A DNA stretch of 64,000 nt from an uncultured Desulfuromonas sp. (GTDB lineage Bacteria > Desulfobacterota > Desulfuromonadia > Desulfuromonadales > Desulfuromonadaceae): NCBI GenBank assembly GCA_963666745.1, contig OY762961.1:2227274-2291273 (forward strand), in the 5' to 3' direction. Position numbers and translations under genes: made by a program. How positions within the stretch are numbered: position 1 is the first letter of the stretch; each line of letters starts with the position of its first letter. The notes below the pieces were generated by a model. That model did not search any database, was not told the origin of the DNA, and saw only the letters and a program-made list of their open reading frames with translations. Positions 29,034 through 39,947 of this stretch are shown in pieces.

Positions 29034-30074
29034 ATGGACAAGACGAAAACCGGCTTGACCCAGTTGGCCCGCAGCGCTGGCTGAGCGGCTAAATTGGGTC
29101 CTGAGACCCTGGCTCAGGTGCTGAGTCAGTTACCACATAATAATGATCCACGGTTGCTGTCACATGACATCCCCTGTGCTGATGCCGGAATATATCAGCT
29201 CACTGATGATGTTCTGTTGCTGCAGTCCATCGACTTTTTCACGCCGGTCGTGGATGACCCCTATTTGTTTGGTTGCATTGCTGCGGCCAATGCCCTGTCG
29301 GATATTTTTGCCATGGGTGGTCAACCGATCACAGCCATGAATATGGTCGGCTTTCCTAACTGCTTGCCCATCGACGTGCTGACAGAAATCCTTAAAGGAG
29401 GGACATCCAAGGTTCACGAAGCCGGTGCAACGATGGTTGGCGGTCACTCGGTTGAAGATGAAGAGCCTAAGTACGGCCTGGCCGTCACCGGAACAGTGCA
29501 TCCGGACCAACTCATTACGTCTCAAGGCTGCAAGCCCGGTGACATTCTGGTCCTGACCAAGCCGCTGGGTACCGGGCTCTTGACGACGGCTTTGAAGGCT
29601 GAGGTGATCGCGGAAGCGCAGATCTCGGAAGCTCTGCAAGGGATGGCACGGCTCAACCGTTATGCCTCGCAGGCGATGCGGCAGGTGGGGATCTCTGCCT
29701 GCACGGATGTTACAGGCTTTGGTCTGATCGGACATGCGTTGGAGATGGCAGAGGCCAGTAGCGTCCGGCTGTTGATTTCGGCCGCCAGTTTGCCGGAATA
29801 TCCCCTTGCGCGCGAAATGGCTGAAACCGGTCTTGTCCCGGAAGGAAGCTTCCGCAACAACCGCCACTACATGCCGCGCGTCACGGGTGCAGACGTGCAG
29901 GTCCAGGAAGACATTGACCTGCTGTGCGATCCACAGACATCCGGCGGTCTGCTCATTGCCGTTCATCCGGATCGCCTTGATCTATTATGCCAGGCTTTAA
30001 AAGAAGCTGGAGATCACGCCTTCGTCATTGGTGAAGTCGCGAACGGTGAGGCAGGCACAATGGAATTGGTATAG
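29034..30074 (+). CDS. selD: Selenide, water dikinase; selenoprotein (in-frame UGA = Sec17)
   Basis: ATG at 29034 after AAGGA; MDKTKTGLTQLARSAG-U(TGA 29082-84)-AAKLGP, in frame with the downstream SelD body (DFFTPVVDDP, GGHS, TDVTGFGL, DPQTSGGLL). Confidence 0.95.
29081..29117 (+). promoter_or_regulatory. Putative bacterial SECIS element
   Basis: Upper stem GGGTC-CTGA-GACCC begins 11 nt after the UGA; lower stem CTGAGC/GCTCAG includes the UGA. Confidence 0.7.
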
Positions 30075-30093
30075 ATTTAACAATACTGCTGAC

Positions 30094-30128
30094 AACAAAG
30101 GCCGACAGAAGCTCTGTCGGCCTTTGTT
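30094..30128. terminator. Bidirectional terminator between selD and the diguanylate cyclase
   Basis: AACAAAGGCCGACAGA-agc-TCTGTCGGCCTTTGTT. Confidence 0.8.
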
Positions 30129-30149
30129 CGAATTTCTCATCCATCCAGA

Positions 30150-32063
30150 TCAGAACTGCTCCGCCGTCCACATTGAATCCTCAAAACGTACGGCTTTGTT
30201 CCGCCCTGTCTCTTTCGCCTGATACAATGCAACATCCGCATATTTGATCGATTGCCAGAACCCTTCTGAATCGCCCGGATATTCACTCACCCCAAGGCTG
30301 ATGGTTTTACGGATTTTTTCCGGGCCAACCATAAACACCTTGTCTTCAATATTACTACGGATCTTTTCAGCGACGCTCATGGCATCCCCGGTTTCGATAT
30401 CCGTGAGAATGACCAGAAATTCCTCTCCACCGAAGCGCACGACCACATCCGACTCACGAATCGACTTCTGGATAATCGCCGAGGTCTCTTTCAACACCTG
30501 GTCACCGGCATCATGGCCATACTGATCGTTGACCTGCTTAAAAAAGTCGATATCGCACATCAGCAAGCCGATGTTCTTTTTACGCCGTAAGGTGCCGGCA
30601 ATCAGGTGGCTGGCCTGATCCTGCAAAAAGCGTCGGTTAAACAGTCCGGTCATTGGGTCACGCAGCGACGATTCACGCAAGGTGTTCATCAGACGTTTCG
30701 CCTCCAAAACCGACAACGACTGCTTGATATACGCTTCGGCCTTGGCCACTTTCTGCTCAATTTCGTTACGGGTCAACGCCTGCTCACCTTCTTTATCAAA
30801 GACGAACTGGACAACACCGCCAGCATGACCACCGATGATCATCGGCACACACACATGTACCTTGGTCTGGTCTTCCATAAACTGTTTACAAACCCGATCA
30901 TAGGCCAGTGATGAAATGGGATGGCCGGTTTTCACCGCTCGGCACAGATCACAGGAAGTCAGAATGTCCGGATGACAATCCAGTTCTTTTTCCGACATGG
31001 CGACCGGAAAGACGGCCTGCATCCCTTTGTAATCAGAGTTCACCTCGTAGATGCGATAATTTTCAATGCCGACATTACCGCTGAAGGCCTCGCCCATGCG
31101 TGAGTAGACGTCTTCAAGGGTGGCATCTTCCTCAATGACATTCTTAAACACAGTCATCCCATGTACCGTGTCCATCAGGTCATTGAACTCTTTACTCATC
31201 TCACCAATCTCGTCATCAGAGCGGATCTGAATCTTTTCCGTCAGATCAACATGCCCCGTCGCCAGCGTGTGAATCTTGGCAATCATCGAGGAGACCGGAA
31301 TAACAATTGAATCGGAAATCCAGAACGTAAAAATCGCCAGAAGACCACTGGCCAGTGTCAATACGGTAATGATCATCCAAAACGCGTAGCTCGTTGTTGT
31401 GGTAATGGTTTCAGAATAGCGATTGGTCTGGTGGGAAATCGATTCGAGAAAACTCACCGTAGCGTTGGTCATCTCAGCCTCGACTGCGACAAAGCGACCT
31501 GTGAGCTGCTCCAACTTGGCCTGATCCCCAGAGCCGTCCTGCAACTGCTCCATCTTCAGGAATGTCAGCTCATTGAGCAATTGCATCAGGGTTTGCGTGG
31601 TCAGGTCAACGGTTTTCAGGTAGGCCTGATTGCCGTCCTCGTCGATCCAACTGGTTCGACTGATTTTTTCCCAGATCAGATGAAGAGGCGAAGCCATTTT
31701 AGGCGACTGCAACGGCTCCAGACCTTGAGTGATGGCCATGAGACTGGCTTTCACCCGTTCTGATTTCAGAGTGACGGTCTGCTCACGTCCGGCCTCTGAA
31801 AGGTCCACCAGCAAGTGGCCCATTTCGTTGGAGCTGCGCAAAGCATCTTGGGCAAACCGCTCATAAGGTAACAGGCGATCAACAACCTGTGACGTTTTGA
31901 TATTGACATCAACCAGCACATAAAAGGATACGCAGGACAACAGGATAAACCAAAACAACACGCCGACGGAAAACAGTGAAAACTTGCGGCGTATTGGCAA
32001 ATCAACAAAGGTGATCAAACGGATAAAACGTTTGACTAGCCCCCTCTTTTTGGGTTCAACCAT
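30150..32063 (-). CDS. Membrane-anchored sensor diguanylate cyclase (2 TM-HAMP-GAF-GGDEF)
   Basis: DPMTGLFNRR, DIDFFKQVND, RESD I-site, GGEEF; start at the ATG after GGGAGGAG. Confidence 0.92.
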   Translation of the reverse strand: MVEPKKRGLVKRFIRLITFVDLPIRRKFSLFSVGVLFWFILLSCVSFYVLVDVNIKTSQVVDRLLPYERFAQDALRSSNEMGHLLVDLSEAGREQTVTLKSERVKASLMAITQGLEPLQSPKMASPLHLIWEKISRTSWIDEDGNQAYLKTVDLTTQTLMQLLNELTFLKMEQLQDGSGDQAKLEQLTGRFVAVEAEMTNATVSFLESISHQTNRYSETITTTTSYAFWMIITVLTLASGLLAIFTFWISDSIVIPVSSMIAKIHTLATGHVDLTEKIQIRSDDEIGEMSKEFNDLMDTVHGMTVFKNVIEEDATLEDVYSRMGEAFSGNVGIENYRIYEVNSDYKGMQAVFPVAMSEKELDCHPDILTSCDLCRAVKTGHPISSLAYDRVCKQFMEDQTKVHVCVPMIIGGHAGGVVQFVFDKEGEQALTRNEIEQKVAKAEAYIKQSLSVLEAKRLMNTLRESSLRDPMTGLFNRRFLQDQASHLIAGTLRRKKNIGLLMCDIDFFKQVNDQYGHDAGDQVLKETSAIIQKSIRESDVVVRFGGEEFLVILTDIETGDAMSVAEKIRSNIEDKVFMVGPEKIRKTISLGVSEYPGDSEGFWQSIKYADVALYQAKETGRNKAVRFEDSMWTAEQF

Positions 32064-32219
32064 GCTCTCCTCCCAGTGGCGCGCCGTGGCCACACTCACG
32101 TTAAACACCCTCGTTTAATGTGCTTAAAAATGAAAAGCTCCCGTCTAAAGCAAAAATAATGCTGTGATATAACCAAGTTAGCGGGCATTTTTATGCCATT
32201 TTACGAAGCGGTACTGTTT

Positions 32220-32801
32220 TTATGATGGTTTTGACATTAATGATTTACCAATTGCAAAAGCCTTACCAACCTCTTCACCAACCTTGAAGTAGGCTCGATT
32301 ACCCGGAGCAAACAGGATCGGATTCACTTTTGTAATATCGGGATTCCCATTGCCATCAAGACAACTTTCCTCCACCTTGACATCCATAATTTCTCCGATC
32401 ATCTGGGTGTGTGCCCCGAGTTCAAAATGATTCAACAGTCGACATTCAATGACCAACGGGCACTCACATAGCAACGGTGCATTGACATGAGTTGCCCGCT
32501 CAGTCGTTAGACCAGCGATAGCCACTTTGTCTTCGTTTCGTCCCGTTGCCAGACCAAAATAATCGGCCTCCACAGCCAGTTGCGTATTGGGAATATTGAT
32601 CGTAAAAGCCTTGTGATACAGAATGCCGTCATAACTGTAACGCTCCTTGCGCACTGAAACAGCAAGGCTAGGCGGCATGGAGTTGCAAATACCACCCCAG
32701 GCGGCGTTCATCATATTGGCGCGACCTTCTCTATCATAACTTCCCACCAGATAAACAGGGGTTGGGTAGGCGAGAGTTTGTGGGCCAAGTGATTTTTTCA
32801 T
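32220..32801 (-). CDS. Flavin reductase-like (flavoredoxin) family protein
   Basis: PTPVYLVGSYD...NMMNAAWGG...FTINIP...APLLCECPLVIEC...IGEI. Confidence 0.88.
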   Translation of the reverse strand: MKKSLGPQTLAYPTPVYLVGSYDREGRANMMNAAWGGICNSMPPSLAVSVRKERYSYDGILYHKAFTINIPNTQLAVEADYFGLATGRNEDKVAIAGLTTERATHVNAPLLCECPLVIECRLLNHFELGAHTQMIGEIMDVKVEESCLDGNGNPDITKVNPILFAPGNRAYFKVGEEVGKAFAIGKSLMSKPS

Positions 32802-34543
32802 CGTGTTTTCTCCTCCGTCGAGCGGCAGACCCCGCAACGGGTACAGGTTGTATGGCAGGGTGCCGTTAACTGTCCCAGCACGGCACGCTGGTAATCGTTC
32901 CATAAATAGTCATACGCCACGCCGTTGTCAATCACACTCCACGGCAGCAGCTCATTTCGTTCACGCGGACAATGCACCAGTCGTTCCAGATCGACGGATC
33001 GAGTTCGGCAGGCGCTTTTAAGATTCATTCCGTCTGCCAGCAAGGGCAACAGCTGGCCGATCTGTCGATCACCCACCGCCAGCAGAGCCTGAAGTTCAGC
33101 ACTGCGCAGGGATTCCACCTGTAACTGGACATTCGCCAGACGATTAATCGCCTTACGCAGCAATGCGACTTTTTTCTTCAATGACGCCATAGAATCCATA
33201 GCGCACCATTGAAAGGGCGTCGCCGGTTTGGGAATAAACGGATTGACTGAAATGGTGATCGTCCCCAAACGGCCAAAAGGTTTCTGTCTCTCAACCCAGA
33301 GCTTGCGGATGGTTTTGATCAGATCGACAAAGGCATCCAGGTCTGCAGGCTGTTCATCCGGCAGGCCGATTAAAAAATAGAGTTTAAGGTTAAGGATACC
33401 CTCTTCAGCCAGCAATGACACGGCATCAAGAATCTGTTGTTGCGTCAAATGCTTGTTAATCACATCACGCATTCTCTGGCTGCCAGCTTCCGGAGCAAGG
33501 GACAGTGTTTTCTGACCTCCATCACGCAATGCTGCCACTTCGGCACGGGTCAGACTGTCAATACGCAAACTCGCGACAGACACATGCCCCTGATGATTGC
33601 GAATGGCTTCACTTACCTCTTCCAGATGTCGATAATCAGAAACGGCAGCACCAACCAGACCAGCGGTTTCATCCGCAGCCAGTCGCGGCAACATCTGATC
33701 ACACAGCACTTCTGCCGTCTTTTCTCGCGGTGGCAAATAAGTAAAACCGGTGGCGCAGAAACGACACCCTCGTGAACAGCCTCGCGACACCTCGTGAAGG
33801 TGCATGGTCCCAAATGCGGTGTGCGGTGTCAGAATGTAGGACTGGCAGTCGCTGTCATCAAGAGCATTGAGCCATTGGCGACGAACCCTCTGCGGCGCGG
33901 GCGAAGAAACGTCAACTCCCACACGTTGTCCTTGGTCATTATAGTGTGGCTGATAGTAGGCCGGACAATAAAAGCCCTCAAGCTGCACCAGAGCTTCAAG
34001 AGTCTGCTCTTTAGTCGAATGGCGCCGACAGGCCTCCAGGAGCGGTGTCAACAACACTTCGGACTCACCGATGGCGAACACGTCGATAATGTCCGCAACC
34101 GGTTCAGGATTGAGCATGGCACAGATGCCCCCAGCGACCACTAACGGAAGATGTGTATCTCGTTCTTCGCGCCACAGGGGAATCTGTGTCATTCGGGCCA
34201 GAAGCGGCAGGTTGAGATAATCATTCTCAAAGGACAACGAGAACATCACCAGATCAAAATCGCTGAGGAAACGCTGCGACTCGAAGGACAATAACGGAGT
34301 GCTCTGGTAGTGGATCAGCTCGTCGGAATCAGGCAGAAAAAAACGTTCACAGCAGCAATCGTCTCGCGACTGAATGCTGTGATAAACCGCCTGGAACCCC
34401 AGGTTGCTCATGGCGTGGTAATACTGATTAGGATAGATCAGGGCAACTTTAAGCTGGTCATTCCAAGGCTTGGTCACCGCGCCGACTTCATCAGCCAGGC
34501 GTTGACGGCGTCTTTCGCGTATGTCTTCAACGGATAGCGCCAT
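32798..34543 (-). CDS. Radical SAM protein with a B12-binding-like N-terminal domain
   Basis: EVSRGCSRGCRFC (CxxxCxxC), APEAGSQRMR, LYFLIGLP. Confidence 0.88.
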   Translation of the reverse strand: MALSVEDIRERRRQRLADEVGAVTKPWNDQLKVALIYPNQYYHAMSNLGFQAVYHSIQSRDDCCCERFFLPDSDELIHYQSTPLLSFESQRFLSDFDLVMFSLSFENDYLNLPLLARMTQIPLWREERDTHLPLVVAGGICAMLNPEPVADIIDVFAIGESEVLLTPLLEACRRHSTKEQTLEALVQLEGFYCPAYYQPHYNDQGQRVGVDVSSPAPQRVRRQWLNALDDSDCQSYILTPHTAFGTMHLHEVSRGCSRGCRFCATGFTYLPPREKTAEVLCDQMLPRLAADETAGLVGAAVSDYRHLEEVSEAIRNHQGHVSVASLRIDSLTRAEVAALRDGGQKTLSLAPEAGSQRMRDVINKHLTQQQILDAVSLLAEEGILNLKLYFLIGLPDEQPADLDAFVDLIKTIRKLWVERQKPFGRLGTITISVNPFIPKPATPFQWCAMDSMASLKKKVALLRKAINRLANVQLQVESLRSAELQALLAVGDRQIGQLLPLLADGMNLKSACRTRSVDLERLVHCPRERNELLPWSVIDNGVAYDYLWNDYQRAVLGQLTAPCHTTCTRCGVCRSTEEKTR

Positions 34544-34563
34544 AGGGACAAACCTGTTTCGAC

Positions 34564-34594
34564 AAAAAAGGAACGGGGACCGCGAAGGTCCCCG
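34564..34594 (-). terminator. Terminator downstream of ftsZ
   Basis: CGGGGACC/GGTCCCCG stem; TTCCTTTTTT follows on the minus strand. Confidence 0.65.
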
Positions 34595-34705
34595 ATCTGA
34601 GGGAGTTATACATGACCAGAGTCAGTACAACTTATCCAGCGTCGCGGGCGGAGATCCGCTGACTGGATAACGGGTGGCACTGCTCCACGACAAGTGGGCA
34701 GTGGC

Positions 34706-35854
34706 TTAATCGACACGCTTGCGCAGGAATGTCGGGATATCGTACTCATCCTCTTCGTTGCCTTTGAGGCGCATATTCCGCGCAGCGTCGCGTTGCTGGT
34801 TACGGATGATCGTCGGTACATCCAGATCAACCTTGGAACCGATCATTTTAGCGACATCTTCTTTGATTGTTCTCAAATGACGCTTGTCTTTTTCAAAAGA
34901 ATCACCAAAGCCGGTGGCAATGGCGGTAATCTTCAGACGGTCACCAAGCTCTTCGTTGATGACCAGACCGACAATAATATTGGCATCTTCGTGAACTTTT
35001 TCGTGAACGATGCGTGACGCTTCGTCAAATTCTTCCATGGTCATGCTGCTCGAACCGGAGATATTGACCAGCACGCCTTTCGCTCCGGAGATATCGATAT
35101 CTTCGAGCAATGGACTGCTGATCGCCTGCTGTGCAGCTTCACTGGCACGTTTCTCGCCTTCTGCCACACCAATCCCCATCATGGCCATGCCACGCTCGCT
35201 CATCACCGACTTGACATCGGCAAAGTCGACGTTGATCAAACCACTGGTGGTGATCAGGTCTGAAATCCCCTGCACCGCCTGACGCAAGACGTCATCTGAG
35301 GGCTTGAAGGCGTCAAGAATACTCATGTTTTTACCCGCCAAACCAATCAGACGATCATTGGGGATGACAATCAGAGAATCGACGACTTTTTTTAGATCCT
35401 CAACACCGCCTTCGGCCTTGACCATACGCTGTCGTCCCTCGCGGGAGAACGGCTTGGTCACGACACCAACGGTCAAAGCACCCACCTCTTTGGCCGCTTC
35501 GGCGATGACTGGCGCCGCACCGGTTCCGGTGCCACCGCCAAGACCACAGGCGACGAACACCATGTCGGCACCACTGAGCAGCTCGACAATGCGGCTGCGA
35601 TCCTCCATGGCCGCATCACGACCAACATCAGGACTGGCACCAGCACCAAGGCCTTTTGTCAGTTTCGTGCCAAGCTGAACCTTCATCGGTGCAACACTGC
35701 GTTTGAGTGCCTGGGCATCGGTATTGGCGACAATAAACTCAACCCCCGCAATCTGGGCCTTAATCATGGCATCGACGACATTGCTTCCGCCACCGCCGAC
35801 ACCGATCACCTTAATCTTTGCTGTCTGGTCTAACGTTTCATCAAATTCAAACAT
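34706..35854 (-). CDS. ftsZ: Cell division protein FtsZ
   Basis: [25 protein letters not shown]-terminal DIPTFLRK. Confidence 0.99.
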   Translation of the reverse strand: MFEFDETLDQTAKIKVIGVGGGGSNVVDAMIKAQIAGVEFIVANTDAQALKRSVAPMKVQLGTKLTKGLGAGASPDVGRDAAMEDRSRIVELLSGADMVFVACGLGGGTGTGAAPVIAEAAKEVGALTVGVVTKPFSREGRQRMVKAEGGVEDLKKVVDSLIVIPNDRLIGLAGKNMSILDAFKPSDDVLRQAVQGISDLITTSGLINVDFADVKSVMSERGMAMMGIGVAEGEKRASEAAQQAISSPLLEDIDISGAKGVLVNISGSSSMTMEEFDEASRIVHEKVHEDANIIVGLVINEELGDRLKITAIATGFGDSFEKDKRHLRTIKEDVAKMIGSKVDLDVPTIIRNQQRDAARNMRLKGNEEDEYDIPTFLRKRVD

Positions 35855-35944
35855 GACTCCCCCTGCATGTGAATGATACGGGAGGCAACAAGGTTCTCCG
35901 CAAACAGTTGCACACCCGCTGGACACCAATCTTCGGTGACCTCT

Positions 35945-37174
35945 TTAGAAAAATTCGCCGAACCATTCCTTCATCCGGCGCATTACTTTGTCGAACACCT
36001 TTTCCTGACCAATGGAGAAATTGTTGATCTCTTGATTTTTGCTGCCATAGATCACCAGACCAACACCGGTGGCATAGATGGGTGAATTGACGACGTCAAT
36101 CAGGCCACCTATTCCCTGAGGCACGCCGCGGCGTACCGGCAGGTTGAAAATCTGCTCGGCCAGTTCGGGCATCCCCGGCAGAATACTGGTGCCACCGGTA
36201 ATCACCACACCTGAAGCAATCAGGTCTTCGTAACCGCTACGCACAATTTCACGGTTGACCAATGTAAAAATCTCTTCAACGCGCGGCTCAAGGATTTCGG
36301 CCAGCAATTGGCGCGACAGAACTCGCGGCTCACGTCCGCCCACTGAAGGCACTTCAATGGTTTCATCCTTGCCGATATCGCTGGTCATACAGCTACCGTA
36401 GGCATGTTTGATCCGCTCGGCTTCGGCCATCGGCGTACGCAGGCCGACGGCAATATCGTTGGTCAGGTGATTACCGCCAAGTGACAGCACCGCGGTATGT
36501 TTAATCGCTCCGTCAACGAAGATGGCCAGATCTGTGGTGCCACCGCCGATATCAACAATGGCAACGCCAAGTTCTTTTTCATCGGCCGACAGCACCGCTT
36601 CCGAAGAAGCCAACGGCTCCAGCACGATATCCGCCACATTGACATTGGCTTTGTTGCAGCTTTTGATAATGTTCTGAGCACTGGCCACCGCACCGGTCAC
36701 GATATGGACTTTCGATTCCAGGCGCACACCACTCATACCGAGAGGCTCTTTGATGCCGTCCTGATCATCGATGATAAATTCCTGCGGGATGACATGAATC
36801 ACTTCGCGATCCATGGGAATGGCAATCGCCTTGGCCGCGTCGATCACCCGTTGAACATCTTCGCTGGTGACTTCGCGGTTTTTAATGGCAATGACGCCCT
36901 GAGAGTTGAAGCCGGTGATATGCGCTCCGGCAATTCCGGCGAACACCGAGTTAATTTCACACCCGGCCATCAATTCGGCTTCCTGCAGGGCTTTTTTAAT
37001 CGCTTCTACGGTGCTTTCGATATTGATCACGACGCCTTTGCGCAACCCACGGGACACACTGGTTCCAATCCCGACAATATCCAGTCCCGAATCCGTCATA
37101 CTGGCGATGATGGCACAGATTTTCGTTGTGCCGATATCCAGTCCAACAATCAGATTTTCCTTACGATTGCTCAT
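35945..37174 (-). CDS. ftsA: Cell division protein FtsA
   Basis: GLDIGTTKIC, DIGGGTTD, VITGG. Confidence 0.98.
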   Translation of the reverse strand: MSNRKENLIVGLDIGTTKICAIIASMTDSGLDIVGIGTSVSRGLRKGVVINIESTVEAIKKALQEAELMAGCEINSVFAGIAGAHITGFNSQGVIAIKNREVTSEDVQRVIDAAKAIAIPMDREVIHVIPQEFIIDDQDGIKEPLGMSGVRLESKVHIVTGAVASAQNIIKSCNKANVNVADIVLEPLASSEAVLSADEKELGVAIVDIGGGTTDLAIFVDGAIKHTAVLSLGGNHLTNDIAVGLRTPMAEAERIKHAYGSCMTSDIGKDETIEVPSVGGREPRVLSRQLLAEILEPRVEEIFTLVNREIVRSGYEDLIASGVVITGGTSILPGMPELAEQIFNLPVRRGVPQGIGGLIDVVNSPIYATGVGLVIYGSKNQEINNFSIGQEKVFDKVMRRMKEWFGEFF

Positions 37175-37241
37175 TCCATCCTTCCCTGCTGCCCTGTTTC
37201 GGGGCTCTCGGTTTGCATTCCATACATTCACGGATATCGCG

Positions 37242-38072
37242 TCATAATGTGGCTTGGCTGGTCATCTTTTTGACGATGACCTTATCCGGAACGTTGAGAT
37301 TGATGTAACTCAATCGTGCCAACCGTGGTTTAAGCTCCGGATAAATCTTTTCCAACCGATCGAGCTTGGCCGGATAGTCCTGCCAACCGACCTTGATCGG
37401 CACCCCAAACAGTCGACTATAGAGAATCAGTCCTTCTTTAGGGTCAATTTTGACCTGAGAGACATCCTGCAGACTGAACACCTCACGCTGCCGCAGCTCT
37501 TCAATCAGTCCTGCCACCTGTTGCAACTGCTCACGGCTCTTGTCCGGTTCATCAAGCAATTGCTGGCGGTCCACTCCGGAGACCAGCGGATAATTGAGCG
37601 GGTCGCCTGCGCGCAGGACTTTAAAAATCTCGCCACTGTGATCGACGTAAAACAGATAGTCGAGATTGATGATAAAAACCGCTTCGCGTTCATGCAGTCG
37701 AATGACAATGCCCCGCGGCAATTTGCGTTCGACCACCGCGTCACGTATCCAATCATTCTCAGCGAGCTTTTGACCGATAATCTCCAGATCCAAGTCAAAA
37801 GTTCTCACACCCTGTCGAATATCCGACAGATCAATGACATCCTGATCCGTCAGCTTGTGATTGCCAATCACCTCAATGGTCTCAACCCGAAAATGATCCG
37901 AGTTGCTGACCAGGTTCATCAGCAGGGTGGCACCACTGATAATCAACACCGTACAACACAGGATCAAAATCCCATGCAACAGACGGGTAAACAGCTTTTT
38001 CCATTCTCGCGCCGGACGAACACGAACATTCTCTTTGCTTCGCCTGGCTTTGGCCGGTTTCATATCCCGCAT
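37242..38072 (-). CDS. ftsQ: Cell division protein FtsQ/DivIB
   Basis: Single TM, POTRA domain (FRVETIEVIGN...WIRDAVVERKLP); lies between ddl and ftsA. Confidence 0.92.
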   Translation of the reverse strand: MRDMKPAKARRSKENVRVRPAREWKKLFTRLLHGILILCCTVLIISGATLLMNLVSNSDHFRVETIEVIGNHKLTDQDVIDLSDIRQGVRTFDLDLEIIGQKLAENDWIRDAVVERKLPRGIVIRLHEREAVFIINLDYLFYVDHSGEIFKVLRAGDPLNYPLVSGVDRQQLLDEPDKSREQLQQVAGLIEELRQREVFSLQDVSQVKIDPKEGLILYSRLFGVPIKVGWQDYPAKLDRLEKIYPELKPRLARLSYINLNVPDKVIVKKMTSQATL

Positions 38073-38110
38073 CAGGAAATAACCTTTGTATCCCCAGTCA
38101 GCAACGCCCG

Positions 38111-39028
38111 TTAGCGGTCGAGAGACGCGTCGTCGAGAATTTCCTCTACCAGCATTGCAAAATCCATACCGCAATCAGCCGCCGCCTTGGGCAACAGGCT
38201 GGTTTCCGTCATTCCGGGAATGGTATTGACCTCAAGAAAGTAAAACTCATCTTCCGTAACCATAAAGTCGACCCGTGCAGCCCCGCGGCAGCCCAGACTG
38301 GCGTAACTGGTTTCCGCCGCCTGTTGAATCGCGCGATACTGTGTTTCGGGCAGTGGTGCCGGAACCAGATACCGGGTCTTACCCGCCGTATATTTGGCGG
38401 TATAGTCATAAAAACCGGAGTCGGGAACCACTTCAATAATCGACAGGGCGCGACCGTTCATCACGGAGACCGTCACTTCGCGACCCGCAATATACGTTTC
38501 TACCAACACCCGATGATCATAACGACGCGCCTGCTCAATCGCCTGTTTGAGCTCATCGCCATCTTTTGCGATGGCAATTCCCAGGGTAGACCCCTCGCGC
38601 ACCGGTTTCACCACCTGGGGAAAATGCCCACACTCGGCAACAAATGCGTCGATGTCACAGGACTCATCCACCAATGCCGCTTCAGGAGTGACGACACCAT
38701 CCTGACGAACCATTCGCTTGGCCACGGCCTTGTCAATGGCCAATGCCGAGGCGAGAACACCGCTGCCGGTATAGGGAATTTGCATCATCTCCAACAACCC
38801 CTGAATCGTACCGTCTTCCCCGTAACGGCCATGGACAGCAAGAAAAGCCACGTCCACCTTCGCCTCAACCAGTCGTGCGGGGAGTGTTTTATCGGCATCA
38901 ATGGCGACGACTTGATAGTCTCGCTCCTCAAGAGCGTTAACAATGGCGGCTCCAGTGCGCAACGATACTTCCCGTTCCGCGGAGATTCCGCCCATAATGA
39001 CCCCGACCCGTTGCTGCTTATCTTTCAT
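38111..39028 (-). CDS. ddl: D-alanine--D-alanine ligase
   Basis: GGISAEREVSL, HGRYGEDG, EVNTIPGMT. Confidence 0.98.
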   Translation of the reverse strand: MKDKQQRVGVIMGGISAEREVSLRTGAAIVNALEERDYQVVAIDADKTLPARLVEAKVDVAFLAVHGRYGEDGTIQGLLEMMQIPYTGSGVLASALAIDKAVAKRMVRQDGVVTPEAALVDESCDIDAFVAECGHFPQVVKPVREGSTLGIAIAKDGDELKQAIEQARRYDHRVLVETYIAGREVTVSVMNGRALSIIEVVPDSGFYDYTAKYTAGKTRYLVPAPLPETQYRAIQQAAETSYASLGCRGAARVDFMVTEDEFYFLEVNTIPGMTETSLLPKAAADCGMDFAMLVEEILDDASLDR

Positions 39029-39947
39029 CAACATCTCCAAACGTTCCCAGCAGGCGCACTTCCGGTCGCAACAGCACGCCTTTTTCTTGAGCGACTGTTG
39101 ACTGCACCTTGTTGATTAATTGATAGATCTCATCGGCGGTTGCACCACCGGTATTTACTATAAAATTCGTATGTTGCGTCGAAACTTGCGCCGGGCCAAC
39201 CTGAGCACCGCGCAAACCGCAGTCATCAATCAGTCGCCAGGCCTGCCCCCCCTGCGGATTACGGAATACCGAGCCAGCGTTAGGGCCACCGACCTTGTGC
39301 GCTTGACGGCGATGGGCGATCATCTCGGCCTTACGCTGTTGCAACGCGTCAACAGATCGTGCTTCCAGTTGCAGCGTCACATTGATCAGCACATGATCCG
39401 GGATCAACGCACTGTGGCGATAGTCGAACTCACACTCTTCAGCGGACCAGCGCGAAACCACCCCACACCGCTCTGGCGTCCACACCAGAGCATTGACCAC
39501 CTGCTGACCAATCTGTTGGCCCGCGGCACCGGCATTGCCTGCAACGGCACCACCGACACTGCCGGGGATACCCGCCAATTCCTCGACACCGCCAAGACCG
39601 TGCTCGACCGTAAAACCCACCAACCGCGACAGGGGGCACCCGCCGCCAACCATCAAACGGTCATGACCCTGATCAATGATCTCAGACCAATGGGTCAACT
39701 GAATGACGAGACCCGGCAGACCACGATCCGAAATCAGCACATTGCTGCCGCCGCCAAGAATCCACCAGGGGAGTCCATGCGCCTGGATCACGGTTGAAAG
39801 AAAGTGCAGGTCCTCCTCGTGCCGGGGTCGAACCAGACACTGTGCCGGCCCTCCCACCTTCCAGGTCGTCAAGCGAGCCAGAGGCTCATCGAACAGGCAG
39901 TCATCGGAAAAACGATGCTTGAGGAGAATCCGCCAGTCGTCACTCAT
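39018..39947 (-). CDS. murB: UDP-N-acetylmuramate dehydrogenase
   Basis: [39 protein letters not shown]. Confidence 0.96.
   Translation of the reverse strand: MSDDWRILLKHRFSDDCLFDEPLARLTTWKVGGPAQCLVRPRHEEDLHFLSTVIQAHGLPWWILGGGSNVLISDRGLPGLVIQLTHWSEIIDQGHDRLMVGGGCPLSRLVGFTVEHGLGGVEELAGIPGSVGGAVAGNAGAAGQQIGQQVVNALVWTPERCGVVSRWSAEECEFDYRHSALIPDHVLINVTLQLEARSVDALQQRKAEMIAHRRQAHKVGGPNAGSVFRNPQGGQAWRLIDDCGLRGAQVGPAQVSTQHTNFIVNTGGATADEIYQLINKVQSTVAQEKGVLLRPEVRLLGTFGDVDER

Noticed and set aside
29094-30074. ORF-track start for selD at TTG 29094
   Set aside because: It omits the catalytic residue; the upstream ATG with SD, the in-frame UGA and the SECIS-like hairpin explain the locus better.
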